Assembly (NCBI GenBank): GCA_048938005.1
Contig: JBHLMQ010000033.1
Location: forward strand, 1 to 35,187
DNA: 35,187 bases
Direction of reading: 5' to 3'
DNA from: Promethearchaeota archaeon
Lineage (GTDB): Archaea; Asgardarchaeota; Lokiarchaeia; Sigyniarchaeales; SOKP01
Under the pieces are notes generated by a model. It ran no database searches and had not been told where the DNA came from. It was given only the letters and a program-made list of their open reading frames with translations. The position numbers and the translations under genes were made by a program. How positions within the stretch are numbered: the stretch's first letter is position 1; each line of letters opens with the position of its first letter. Below, piece by piece: positions 18,632-27,948 of this stretch.

Positions 18632-19249
18632 ATGGAAGAAAAGACATCAGATAATTTAGAAAAAGTACAGATAAAAGGTATTGTTAATAACAATAAGGTT
18701 ATTATTTTAGATCCTAATGGAATTCAAGAATTTTACGAGAATTCTTATATTGGTACCATTGAAAAGAATGATAAAAATGCTGAAGTTTTAGTTTTAGAGC
18801 CAATTGAAGTACTTCTTTTAATTGAACGTAATAGAATACTACTATGGAAGGATAATGATGAAAATAATGTTCAATATAATTTTGAGACGGCACTTGAACA
18901 TTTTACTCAATATGATCAACGCTTATGGCAAAAATACATCATTTATATGGATTTGAGAAAAAGAGGATACATCGTTCGCACTGGTTATGGGAATGGCTTA
19001 GATTTTCGTGTGTATAAGAGAGGGGCTGATTTTGAAAAAGATTCAGCGAAGTTTTTAATATTTCCTGTATTTGAAGGGGATCCTATTGAACTTCGAGATT
19101 TAGATAAGATGTCCAGAGTTGCTATGAGTTCCCGAAAGGATTTAATTGTCGCGACAGTTGATAGATTGAGTAAGCCCATTTACTACAGCGTTAAAAAGTT
19201 CCAGATTTTAAATAAAGGAGAAAATAACGAAAAGAATAATGACGGATAA
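18632..19249 (+). CDS. endA: tRNA-splicing endonuclease subunit
   Basis: L...E.L.L.E, Y.IY.DLRKRGY.V.TG...G.DFRVY, RVA.S.RK.LI.A.VD; the catalytic His is not evident. Confidence 0.88.
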   Translation: MEEKTSDNLEKVQIKGIVNNNKVIILDPNGIQEFYENSYIGTIEKNDKNAEVLVLEPIEVLLLIERNRILLWKDNDENNVQYNFETALEHFTQYDQRLWQKYIIYMDLRKRGYIVRTGYGNGLDFRVYKRGADFEKDSAKFLIFPVFEGDPIELRDLDKMSRVAMSSRKDLIVATVDRLSKPIYYSVKKFQILNKGENNEKNNDG

Positions 19250-20879
19250 ATTTGCGTGTGATACATCAATAATATTCAACGGTCAGATTCTTAAGCTGAT
19301 TGAAGATAGAGAATTAGGAGAAAAACCTGAAATATTTATATCAAATGTTGTGATCGCTGAAGTTGAATATAGAACCAACATCCACAAGGAAATTGGTTTC
19401 TTCGGATTAAATGTTTTAAAACAATTAAGGCAACTCCATGAAAAAGGTGCGATCACTCTTCATGTTATTGGGAAAAGACCAACTAGAGAAGAAATAAAAA
19501 TGGCACCTGGAGGGGAACTGGATGCCTTAATAAGAGAATCTGCAAAACAAAATAACGCTGTGCTTATAACAGCAGATCGTATACAAGGCGATGTAGCCAT
19601 TTTTGAAGGATTAGAGGTAATGTATGCTTGGGAGAAAAAAATCTCAAAAGAAAAAGAACCTCTTTCTTTGAAATTGCTAGAATTTTTTGATGATACAACT
19701 ATGAGCGTTCATCTGAAACGAAATTTAGCGCCATATGCAAAAAAAGGATCTCCTGGAAATTGGAGACTCGAAAAAATTCAAGATGAATCATTGAATTCTC
19801 AAATGATTGAAGATATCGCATTAGAGATAATAGAAAATGTGCGAGAAGATGAGCACTCATTTATAGAAATAGAAAAAGAAGGTGCTGTGGTTGCTCAATT
19901 ACGTGAATTTAGGATCGTTATTGCAAGGCCTCCTTTCTCAAATGATGTCGAAATCACCGCCACTCATCCTCTTGTAAGTTTAACCTTATCAGATTATTCC
20001 ATTGATCCAAGACTTAAAGAAAGGTTACAAAAAGCAGAGGGAATTTTAGTATGTGGATCACCCGGAGCGGGAAAATCAACTTTTTCAGCGGCACTAGCAA
20101 ATTATTACTTGAAACAAGAGAAAGTAATTAAAACACTTGAAAGTGTTAGAGATTTACAGGTAGAACCAGAAATAACTCAATACACAAAATTAGAAGGGAA
20201 CCTTGAGAATTCAGCAGATATACTTTTGCTTGTAAGACCAGATTTTACCATTTTTGATGAAGTTAGGACTACAAAGGATTTCCAAATTTATTCAGATTTT
20301 CGCTTATCTGGAGTTGGGATGGTTGGTGTAGTTCATTCATCTTCAGCAATAGATGCAATTCAAAGATTTATAGGCCGAATAGAGCTTGGAATGCTTCCAT
20401 CAATTATAGATACAATTATTTTCATTGAAGGTGGAGATATTTCAACAGTTTTAATATTAAAAATGACTGTTAAAGTGCCTCATGGGTTTAGAGATAAGGA
20501 TTTAGCGAGACCAGTGGTGGAAGTAAGAGATTTTAAGAATGATTGGCTTGAATTTGAGATTTATAACTTTGGTAATGATGTAGTTGTGAATCCTATCAGT
20601 TCTAAATATCAAGCGAGAACAAAAGGATTTCAAGGAAGTAGAAGGAAAAAAGATGAGAGGATTAATTTGGATATCGAGGTAAAAAAACAAAAAATCATCA
20701 TTAAAGCAAATCCGGAATATTCTAGTCAAAATATTGTTATCTTCGCAGAGAATCAACAGATCTTTACAGGTTCTTTAAGTCGTAATAGCGATATTTCTCT
20801 CTCACTTTCAAATAAGGAAGCTAGAAAGATATTAAGAGAATTAAATAATAATAAAGATATTTTTGGAAAATTAAAATAA
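19239..20879 (+). CDS. PIN-domain ATPase (PINA family)
   Basis: N-terminal PIN domain (DTS, GELDALIR, LITAD), TMSVHLK, Walker A GSPGAGKST, ESVRDL, LLVRPDFTIFDEVR, GMVGVVH, DLARPVVEVRDF. Confidence 0.92.
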   Translation: MTDKFACDTSIIFNGQILKLIEDRELGEKPEIFISNVVIAEVEYRTNIHKEIGFFGLNVLKQLRQLHEKGAITLHVIGKRPTREEIKMAPGGELDALIRESAKQNNAVLITADRIQGDVAIFEGLEVMYAWEKKISKEKEPLSLKLLEFFDDTTMSVHLKRNLAPYAKKGSPGNWRLEKIQDESLNSQMIEDIALEIIENVREDEHSFIEIEKEGAVVAQLREFRIVIARPPFSNDVEITATHPLVSLTLSDYSIDPRLKERLQKAEGILVCGSPGAGKSTFSAALANYYLKQEKVIKTLESVRDLQVEPEITQYTKLEGNLENSADILLLVRPDFTIFDEVRTTKDFQIYSDFRLSGVGMVGVVHSSSAIDAIQRFIGRIELGMLPSIIDTIIFIEGGDISTVLILKMTVKVPHGFRDKDLARPVVEVRDFKNDWLEFEIYNFGNDVVVNPISSKYQARTKGFQGSRRKKDERINLDIEVKKQKIIIKANPEYSSQNIVIFAENQQIFTGSLSRNSDISLSLSNKEARKILRELNNNKDIFGKLK

Positions 20880-20925
20880 ATCAATTTTAACCTAATTATT
20901 AATTACAACAAAATAATAGAGTATA

Positions 20926-21684
20926 TTAACTACTCTTTACTATTTCTCTTACTTTTTCCATTATGGGTGGGAGTACATCTTCAATCAAATTATCGAATCT
21001 TATATCAGCTACGTGATCATAAGGTGTATCACCTTTATTAATAAGTATCAATTTTGCACCATTCTGCTTTGCAATCCCAGGCATGTTTGCCGCGGGGGTA
21101 ACTACTAAAGATGACCCAACTACAAAAAAAACGTCAGCATTCTCAGAACGTATTATTGATTCCTGAAGCTCATCGTAAGGAAGTGGATCACCGAAATTAA
21201 CAATACTTGAAATTAATCGTCCTTCACAATGAGGACAGACTGGCTGACCCTCACGAACGGGATGTGTTCTATATCCTGGACCCCATATACTTTTGTCCCA
21301 ACCGACCTCTTCGAATAGCATCTTTTTATTACATGATAGACATTTCATGAAAAACTGATTCCCATGGAGTTCAGCTAGCATATCAAAGGGTATTCCCGAT
21401 TTAGCATGCAAACCATCCACATTTTGGGAAATAAGGTAATTTAATTTTCCCATTTCCATTAATTCTACGATTGCATAATGGTTAGAATTAGGTTTTACTT
21501 GATCCCATGCTACTTTTGGTTTAGGGGGTGGTAATCCCTTATCGCGTCTAGTCCACACACCATCTGGACCCCTATAATCAGGTAACCCACTACCTGTGGA
21601 GCAACCTGCACCAGTGAAGACTACTAACCGCTCTGATTCAGCAATCCATTTGGCAGCAAGATCAATTTTTTCTTCTAAATCCAT
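20926..21684 (-). CDS. Sir2-family NAD-dependent deacylase
   Basis: FTGAG.[17 protein letters not shown], ELHG, two CxxC pairs, FGD.LP, GSSL.V.PA, IN. Likely start is MDLEEK at 21684. Confidence 0.95.
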   Translation of the reverse strand: [252 protein letters not shown]

Positions 21685-21914
21685 AAAAAACATAAAAAAA
21701 GTACGGTTTAAAAAGATTTTTGTGTTAATTATTTTCACTTATATATTGTTAAAAATTAAAATCCTTTTACCTTAATATAGAAAGAAAAAAAGAGTATTTT
21801 TTATACATTCAATCAAATGATCAATTGATAGATATTGTTTGGTATTAAGAGGATGTGCTAATATTAGCATAATGGAGGTTAAGGATTATTTTATCATATA
21901 TTGTTAATTTTGAT

Positions 21915-22283
21915 ATGGAAGCTTTAAAAAATACGGAAGAAGATTATGAAAAAGTAAATCTTACGGTAGATCAATCTAAAATTATTCAGGAAATGTCCAG
22001 ATTTTTATGTAAATTTATAAAAATTCCGGAGATAGCCATGAAAGGTATTGCTTGGAATGCCTTAAGGGAATGGCAAATAAGAAACAATAAGGCTATTCCT
22101 GAAATTGCAGACTTACCACTTGGAAAGAAATTAAATGTTATTAAAGTAATTTTTTGTATTGGTAAGAAGATGTTGAAAACTATGTTAAAACAGCCAAAAA
22201 GTAGAAATGAGATAATAATTGATATTGCTTTTGAAAAGGCTTTCAAACTTTTCCTTAACTATTCCTGTAAGAACAATTGTTAA
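21915..22283 (+). CDS. Hypothetical protein
   Basis: 122-aa ORF filling the gap between the sirtuin and PHP genes; no motif recognised. Confidence 0.65.
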   Translation: MEALKNTEEDYEKVNLTVDQSKIIQEMSRFLCKFIKIPEIAMKGIAWNALREWQIRNNKAIPEIADLPLGKKLNVIKVIFCIGKKMLKTMLKQPKSRNEIIIDIAFEKAFKLFLNYSCKNNC

Positions 22284-22295
22284 AGATCGTATAAG

Positions 22296-23030
22296 TTACG
22301 CTAATTTTTGAAATTTTAAGGTTTTTAGTAGAATCTCAAAATTTTTCTCAAGATTATAATATTTTATCATTTCAATAGGTTCTTCAATATCATTCAAATT
22401 AGAAAGTCTATGAGAATCACACCCTATGGCAACAGGGATCTGGTATTCCTTTAATTTTTCAAAAAAGAATTCATTTTTACGAGAATAAAATTGTGGGTAA
22501 CTAGAGTTAAATTCAAAATAGATATTATTTTTTTTGAGAAAACTAATTAGTGTATCAAGGTTTCCAGTTAAGAAGTAAGAAGGATCAAAATGCGCTAAGC
22601 CTAAAATAGGAAATCTATTAAATTCAGTTAATTTATTTTTCCAATAATATATTAAATTTTTAATAAAAGCAAGAGATTCATGACTTTGAAGATATTCAAA
22701 TAAAATCAAATCATATTTGTCTATTTGTATGTATTTTCTAATAAAATGCTCAGAACTTGCCAAATCAACTTCAATTCCTTTTAGAAGTATTAAATCAATT
22801 TTATTATATGTTAAATATTTCTGGCAATCCGAAATTTCTTTTAGATATGCTGAAATTGTTTCATAATTATTCAGAGTAGAAACCCATGCTTTCCATGAGT
22901 TTGTAAAATGATCGGTTATTGCAATATAATCTAATTCTAACTTAATTGATCTTTCTACTATCTGTCTGATGGTTTGTCTTCCATCAGAATAATTCGAATG
23001 AATATGCAGATTCATTTTTGGAAACAGCAT
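22296..23030 (-). CDS. PHP-domain metallophosphoesterase
   Basis: NLHIHSNYSDG, IAITDH, GIEVD, LAHFD, FEFN, GCDSH. Confidence 0.92.
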   Translation of the reverse strand: MLFPKMNLHIHSNYSDGRQTIRQIVERSIKLELDYIAITDHFTNSWKAWVSTLNNYETISAYLKEISDCQKYLTYNKIDLILLKGIEVDLASSEHFIRKYIQIDKYDLILFEYLQSHESLAFIKNLIYYWKNKLTEFNRFPILGLAHFDPSYFLTGNLDTLISFLKKNNIYFEFNSSYPQFYSRKNEFFFEKLKEYQIPVAIGCDSHRLSNLNDIEEPIEMIKYYNLEKNFEILLKTLKFQKLA

Positions 23031-23079
23031 TTTTCAAACGGAAACCTTTTAAGACTCTAATAAAAAAACAATCGGATTA

Positions 23080-24954
23080 TTAAATTCCCAAAGTTTTCGT
23101 TTCCTTATTTAAATATAAACTGAAAGAACCACTAAATAATAAAATTGTGCCAAGAAAAATTAAAAATCCAAATAATAAATATTCTCCTGTTGTTGTACTT
23201 CCAAAAGTAATACTATCTATTGAAATAATATCGAGTGCAAATAAGGAGATTAGAGTAAAGATAAATACTGAAGAAAAAATTTGAACAATGCCTATAATTA
23301 TATTAATATAATAAATGATTTTTGCTTTACTTTTTTTCAGTTCGATAATTTGGCCTATTCCGATATCAATAGCTACTTCTTTTTTGTTTATCCTCTTTAT
23401 AAAAAAATAAACAAGTTCTTTGATTGGGATAATATCAAAAAAAATAGTAAGGATTGTAAAAATACATATAAATATCAATATCCGCATTAAAATATTGGAA
23501 AAAATTGAAGTGAATCCTGGTATAGGAGAGCTTAAAACGCTAAAGTTATTTATAACCCAGATTAAAAATCCAACTAAAATTATAGCAAAAAATTTTAATC
23601 CTGCTAGCGTTAGAATGATCGAATGTCGGTCTGCAATTGTTAGTAAATAGTATGTTATTCCTATACTGAGAATAATTACCCCTAAAACAATTGCTCTCCA
23701 CTCCAAGAATAATGCAAGTATAATACAGAAAGACATAACGATAATTGGGAGATATGGAAAAAATGGAGCCTTAAAAGGACGATCTAATTCCTTTCTTTTA
23801 CGTCTTAAGTTAACTGCAGCATAATTGATGAATGCTAATCCTATAAAATAAATAAATGTGGTAATATTCGCTGAGAACCCGATGTTCGCAAATAATGTTG
23901 ATAGAAGTGTAAAAATAATCGCAAATGATGTTGTTATAATCAATATCAATGTTGGTACTTTAGTCTTTTTACTAGTTTTTAATAGTTTTTTTGAAAAATA
24001 ATTATCTCGTGCTAAAGCGTTCATAACACTTACAGCGGAACCTAAAGCAGCATTCATTGCAATAAGTGTTGATATTATCGCTGCAATTCCCATAAGTATA
24101 AATCCAGGAAATCCAAGAATATTACTTAATACAACTGCCAATAAAATGGGCGTATCACCTAGTCCCGTTGAAGCATTTCCAATATTAATTAAAACTACAG
24201 ACGTTATAGATATGTAAATAAATAATGTTACAAAAATAGCAATTATATTTACCTTTGGAATATTTTTAGAAGGATTTTTTAAATCAGCATTTAAATAAGA
24301 TAAATTAGTGGTAATAGTTGTAAAAAAAATAAACATTAAAGAAAACATTGAAATCACACTAAAAAAATTAGTTTCAGATAAAAAGAATTGGGGATTATAT
24401 TTTGGATTGGTATTTGGTGCTATCCACAGCCCAGCAATAATAAAAATAGCAAAAATTGCTAATAAAATGATTGTTGATATGATCAAACTTCTCATTGCTA
24501 ATCTTTGAGTTTTAAATGCAATAACTGCTGTAAATAATATAGATATAAGGGCAATTATAAGAAATATTGGGGGTAATACCGAGAAAGGAAAAAAAGCATC
24601 AATAACTATAGCAAAAGCCTGAGCAGAAAAAGAAAACGATGCAATATTCGCAACCCATAGAAAGAATCCAATAATAAATGCCAAGAACCGTCCTAAAGCT
24701 TCTTTACTAAAATTATAAGCTCCCCCTGAAATAGGTAAGCTAGTAGAAAGTTCACTAAAATTAAGTGCAATCAAGATAATTAAAATCCCTCCAAGAATTA
24801 AACTGATTAAAACTCCAGAATTAGCTTCTTCTATTGCTGTACCTAAGAGAATAAATATTGAACCTCCAATGCCACAACCAATTCCATACAAAACACCAGC
24901 TAACAATCCAACATTACGAGTTGGAAGAATCTCTTCTTGATCTTTTTCAGTCAA
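23080..24954 (-). CDS. APC-family amino acid permease with extra C-terminal TM helices
   Basis: GIGGSIF, ELSTSLPISGGAY, LKNPSKNIP, ALARD, RPFKAPFFPYLP. Likely TTG start at 24954; the ORF track starts it at 25023. Confidence 0.9.
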   Translation of the reverse strand: MTEKDQEEILPTRNVGLLAGVLYGIGCGIGGSIFILLGTAIEEANSGVLISLILGGILIILIALNFSELSTSLPISGGAYNFSKEALGRFLAFIIGFFLWVANIASFSFSAQAFAIVIDAFFPFSVLPPIFLIIALISILFTAVIAFKTQRLAMRSLIISTIILLAIFAIFIIAGLWIAPNTNPKYNPQFFLSETNFFSVISMFSLMFIFFTTITTNLSYLNADLKNPSKNIPKVNIIAIFVTLFIYISITSVVLINIGNASTGLGDTPILLAVVLSNILGFPGFILMGIAAIISTLIAMNAALGSAVSVMNALARDNYFSKKLLKTSKKTKVPTLILIITTSFAIIFTLLSTLFANIGFSANITTFIYFIGLAFINYAAVNLRRKRKELDRPFKAPFFPYLPIIVMSFCIILALFLEWRAIVLGVIILSIGITYYLLTIADRHSIILTLAGLKFFAIILVGFLIWVINNFSVLSSPIPGFTSIFSNILMRILIFICIFTILTIFFDIIPIKELVYFFIKRINKKEVAIDIGIGQIIELKKSKAKIIYYINIIIGIVQIFSSVFIFTLISLFALDIISIDSITFGSTTTGEYLLFGFLIFLGTILLFSGSFSLYLNKETKTLGI

Positions 24955-25024
24955 ATTTATCGCATTAAATTTATATCCAAAATTAAAAATAAAAATTGTT
25001 ATATGTTTTATATATTTTAACAAT

Positions 25025-26479
25025 TCACGATTTTTCTAGGTGGAAAATTCCAGAAATAATCGATAAGATAGCACCAATTAATAAAAATAGACTCATTAAA
25101 AAATTATTGATATCACCTAAATCGATAAACTGAAAAAACACCCCAATTGCCCATATTATAAAAAACACACCAATCCCAATCAAGATTCCACCAAAAAATT
25201 TGGAAGCTCTATATATAGCAGAAAGGACTTCTAATCTATGAATTCGGCTTTCTTTATCTCTGATTTCTTTTTCTTGATTTTCTAATTCTATTTTTAATTT
25301 TTGTAAGATTACTCTAGAATCGTTTGTGCTACTTTCAATTGATTCTTTTGCTCTATTTAATTTTTCGTGCTCAGCTTCCATATGCTTTAACTTTTCTGTT
25401 AATGAATCTAGACGTTGTTCTCGTTCAATATACTCTATATTCGAGGTTTCTATATCCTGTTTTAAATCCCCTATTCTTTTTTCATTAGCTTCTATTAAGG
25501 TTTCTTTAGCAAGAATTTGTTCTACTAAAGTATTTGCTGTATCATTTAATTCTTGTATTCGAGATTCAATATCAATCAATTGTTTTTGTTTATCAGTTAA
25601 CTGTACTTTATATTTAGCAAGAAGTTCTTCATACGTTTCTCTTTGTTTTTTCATTTCGGGAAATCCTTCTTGATAATCTATAAGTTTTTGCTCAATCTCT
25701 TTAACTCTTTTTTCTTTTTTTTCAATTTGCTCAGTAAGAAGGTTTTTTTCTTCTTCTTTTGCTTCAATTTCAGTATTGGAATGCTCTAATTCAATTTTAT
25801 TTTTTCCAATTGATACTCTTAAAGTCTCATTTTCAGCTCGTTGACTTTTTAATTTTTTTTCTATTGCTTCAACTTCTTCTCTTTGTTTTTCAAGTAAATC
25901 TTCATTATCTTGGATCTCTTGGTTCATTTTTGAAATTTGGTTGCGGAGTTCTTCTTGAGTAGTAACTTTCTCTTTTATTGAATCTGTGAGTACAATTAAA
26001 TCTACTTGCCTTGTTTCATATTGTTTTACTAGTTGTTCATTGTTTTTTAAAAGCTCCATGTATTCTTGCTCTAAATTCTCTTTACTTTCTGTAGTAATAT
26101 TAAGTCGTTCTTCTAAATTGCTCATCTCTTCAGTTTTTCGATTATAGTTTTCCTCAAGCTGTTTTATTGTATCTTCAATTGCAGTAAGATATTCTTCTTT
26201 ATCATCGATCTTTTTTTTAATATCATCAAGTTTTTGCTTTGCTTCTTTTATTTCCTCGTCAATTTCCTCTATAACTTTCTTTTCAATCTCTTTTTCTTCT
26301 GCTGCTTCTCCATTTGATATGGTTTCTGATATGTCTTCAATACTATTTTCAAAGGTTCTTAGTTTTTTGTCAATTAGATCTCTTGAATTTTTAGCTTTAG
26401 ATAAAAATTCCTTATCTACTCTATCCGTTTCCCTTTCGGATTTAGTTTCCTTCTCTTTTTCGTGTAATTCGTTTGTCAT
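25025..26479 (-). CDS. Long coiled-coil protein with two C-terminal TM helices
   Basis: About 400 aa of E/K/Q-rich heptads, then FFGGILIGIGVFFIIWAIGVF and FLMSLFLLIGAILSIISGIF; no ATPase motifs. Confidence 0.85.
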   Translation of the reverse strand: MTNELHEKEKETKSERETDRVDKEFLSKAKNSRDLIDKKLRTFENSIEDISETISNGEAAEEKEIEKKVIEEIDEEIKEAKQKLDDIKKKIDDKEEYLTAIEDTIKQLEENYNRKTEEMSNLEERLNITTESKENLEQEYMELLKNNEQLVKQYETRQVDLIVLTDSIKEKVTTQEELRNQISKMNQEIQDNEDLLEKQREEVEAIEKKLKSQRAENETLRVSIGKNKIELEHSNTEIEAKEEEKNLLTEQIEKKEKRVKEIEQKLIDYQEGFPEMKKQRETYEELLAKYKVQLTDKQKQLIDIESRIQELNDTANTLVEQILAKETLIEANEKRIGDLKQDIETSNIEYIEREQRLDSLTEKLKHMEAEHEKLNRAKESIESSTNDSRVILQKLKIELENQEKEIRDKESRIHRLEVLSAIYRASKFFGGILIGIGVFFIIWAIGVFFQFIDLGDINNFLMSLFLLIGAILSIISGIFHLEKS

Positions 26480-26774
26480 TTTATGATTATTGGATTATAA
26501 TAATTAATACCTCATATAGAATTAGAATTTGAAAACTTATTTAATTTCTGCAAAAACGAAATATTTGGTTAAACAATTGTCGATTTAAATAATCGATCAT
26601 TTTTATTCATACACTTCAAATAAGTATCTTATGAATTATACTTATTTCACATATTTAAATGTTGATTTTTTCTCTTTTTTATTTTGTTGATAAAATGAAA
26701 TAAATAAATAAATTTAAATAGGAATATGTTTTAAACGATAATTTGTATTTTTATAAATCTATTAATCCGCAAAT

Positions 26775-26862
26775 ATGGGGTTATTGTGTCTTTTGAACGG
26801 ATTGAAAGATATCAGCAAAACTTTATCTATGGTTTGCGTTTGAACAGACACACTAACCCCGT
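26775..26862 (+). ncRNA. Candidate structured small RNA (long hairpin) or MITE-like inverted-repeat element
   Basis: GGGGTTATTGTGTCT pairs with AGACACACTAACCCC (14/15). The stem extends through G-U pairs and an inner AGATA/TATCT helix. TTTATAAA lies at about 26750-26757 and a T6 tract at 26875-26880. Confidence 0.45.
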
Positions 26863-26868
26863 CTAAAT

Positions 26869-27828
26869 TCAATATTTTTTCATAAGTTCTAGTACATCTT
26901 TATATGAAGTATCAGGCATAGGCCCAAAAGATTTAACTTTAAGCGCACCTACTGCATTTGCAAATGTAGCAATTTTTTTCAAATCCCACCCGACTAAGTA
27001 TCCTATGATAAAAGCACCTCCAAAAGAATCTCCTGCTCCAGTAGGATCTCTTTGAGTTACTCTAAAACCTTCTACTTTAAATCCCTCAAGATTATCTGAA
27101 TTAAAGATTGTACAACCTTCTTTTCCTTGTTTTAACACGATAACTTTTGGCCCCATTTCGAGTAATTCTTGGCAAGCTTTTTTTGATCCCTTTGTTTCAG
27201 CTAACATCTCAGCTTCTTCTCCACTTGGAAGTAAAATATTTGTTGTTTCCAAAACTGGCATACTAATCTTCAGAATTTTTTCTAAATCTAACATCTCAGG
27301 TCTAAGATTTGGATCAAATGATATAATTACGTCTGGGTTATTTTTTTTTGCTAATTTAATAGCCTTATAACATGCATCTCGAGATTTTTTACTAATAGAA
27401 AGAGCACTCCCCATAATATGGATGTTTCTTATGTTGCTGAAATATTTTGCTTTAATATCTTCTGAAGATATTTCCCCCGCAGCCCCTTTTGCAAAAATAA
27501 ATTTACGAGAACCATCAGAATTATATTGATTGAACGCTATTCCAGTAGCTAAATCTTTTATGACTCTAATTTGAGATGTATCCACATCATCTTTTTGTAA
27601 TTTTTCAATTATACATTTTCCGAATTCATCGTTTCCGATTACACCTATAAATCCTGTGGTTAATTGAAAAGCTTTTCCCATTCGAGCAGCAGAATCAATA
27701 TATATAGCTGGAGCTCCACTTGGGAATGGTCCCCGATAAATTGCTCCAATTCTTCCATGTGGGACATTTATTTCTTCACGTACAATTTCGACTAATAATT
27801 CCCCTAGAGAAATAATATCAGGGTACAT
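26869..27828 (-). CDS. PfkB-family sugar kinase
   Basis: LGELLVE, SGAPA, G.IG.D.FG, SFDPNLRP, DPTGAGDSF, ANAVGA. Confidence 0.93.
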   Translation of the reverse strand: MYPDIISLGELLVEIVREEINVPHGRIGAIYRGPFPSGAPAIYIDSAARMGKAFQLTTGFIGVIGNDEFGKCIIEKLQKDDVDTSQIRVIKDLATGIAFNQYNSDGSRKFIFAKGAAGEISSEDIKAKYFSNIRNIHIMGSALSISKKSRDACYKAIKLAKKNNPDVIISFDPNLRPEMLDLEKILKISMPVLETTNILLPSGEEAEMLAETKGSKKACQELLEMGPKVIVLKQGKEGCTIFNSDNLEGFKVEGFRVTQRDPTGAGDSFGGAFIIGYLVGWDLKKIATFANAVGALKVKSFGPMPDTSYKDVLELMKKY

Positions 27829-27948
27829 TAGTTACTATTAAAAATCTTTTTATTTAATAATTTTAAAATAATTTAACTTTTAAACAAATAGTTCCTTTTT
27901 AGTGCAAAATATTATATATTTTACTACTATTTAATTATAAAAAAAGAA

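Noticed and set aside
26775-26862. Hairpin as a SECIS, tRNA, or box C/D or H/ACA RNA
   Set aside because: No tandem GA quartet on both arms, no upstream selenoprotein on that strand, no cloverleaf or T-loop, no C/D boxes and no terminal ACA.
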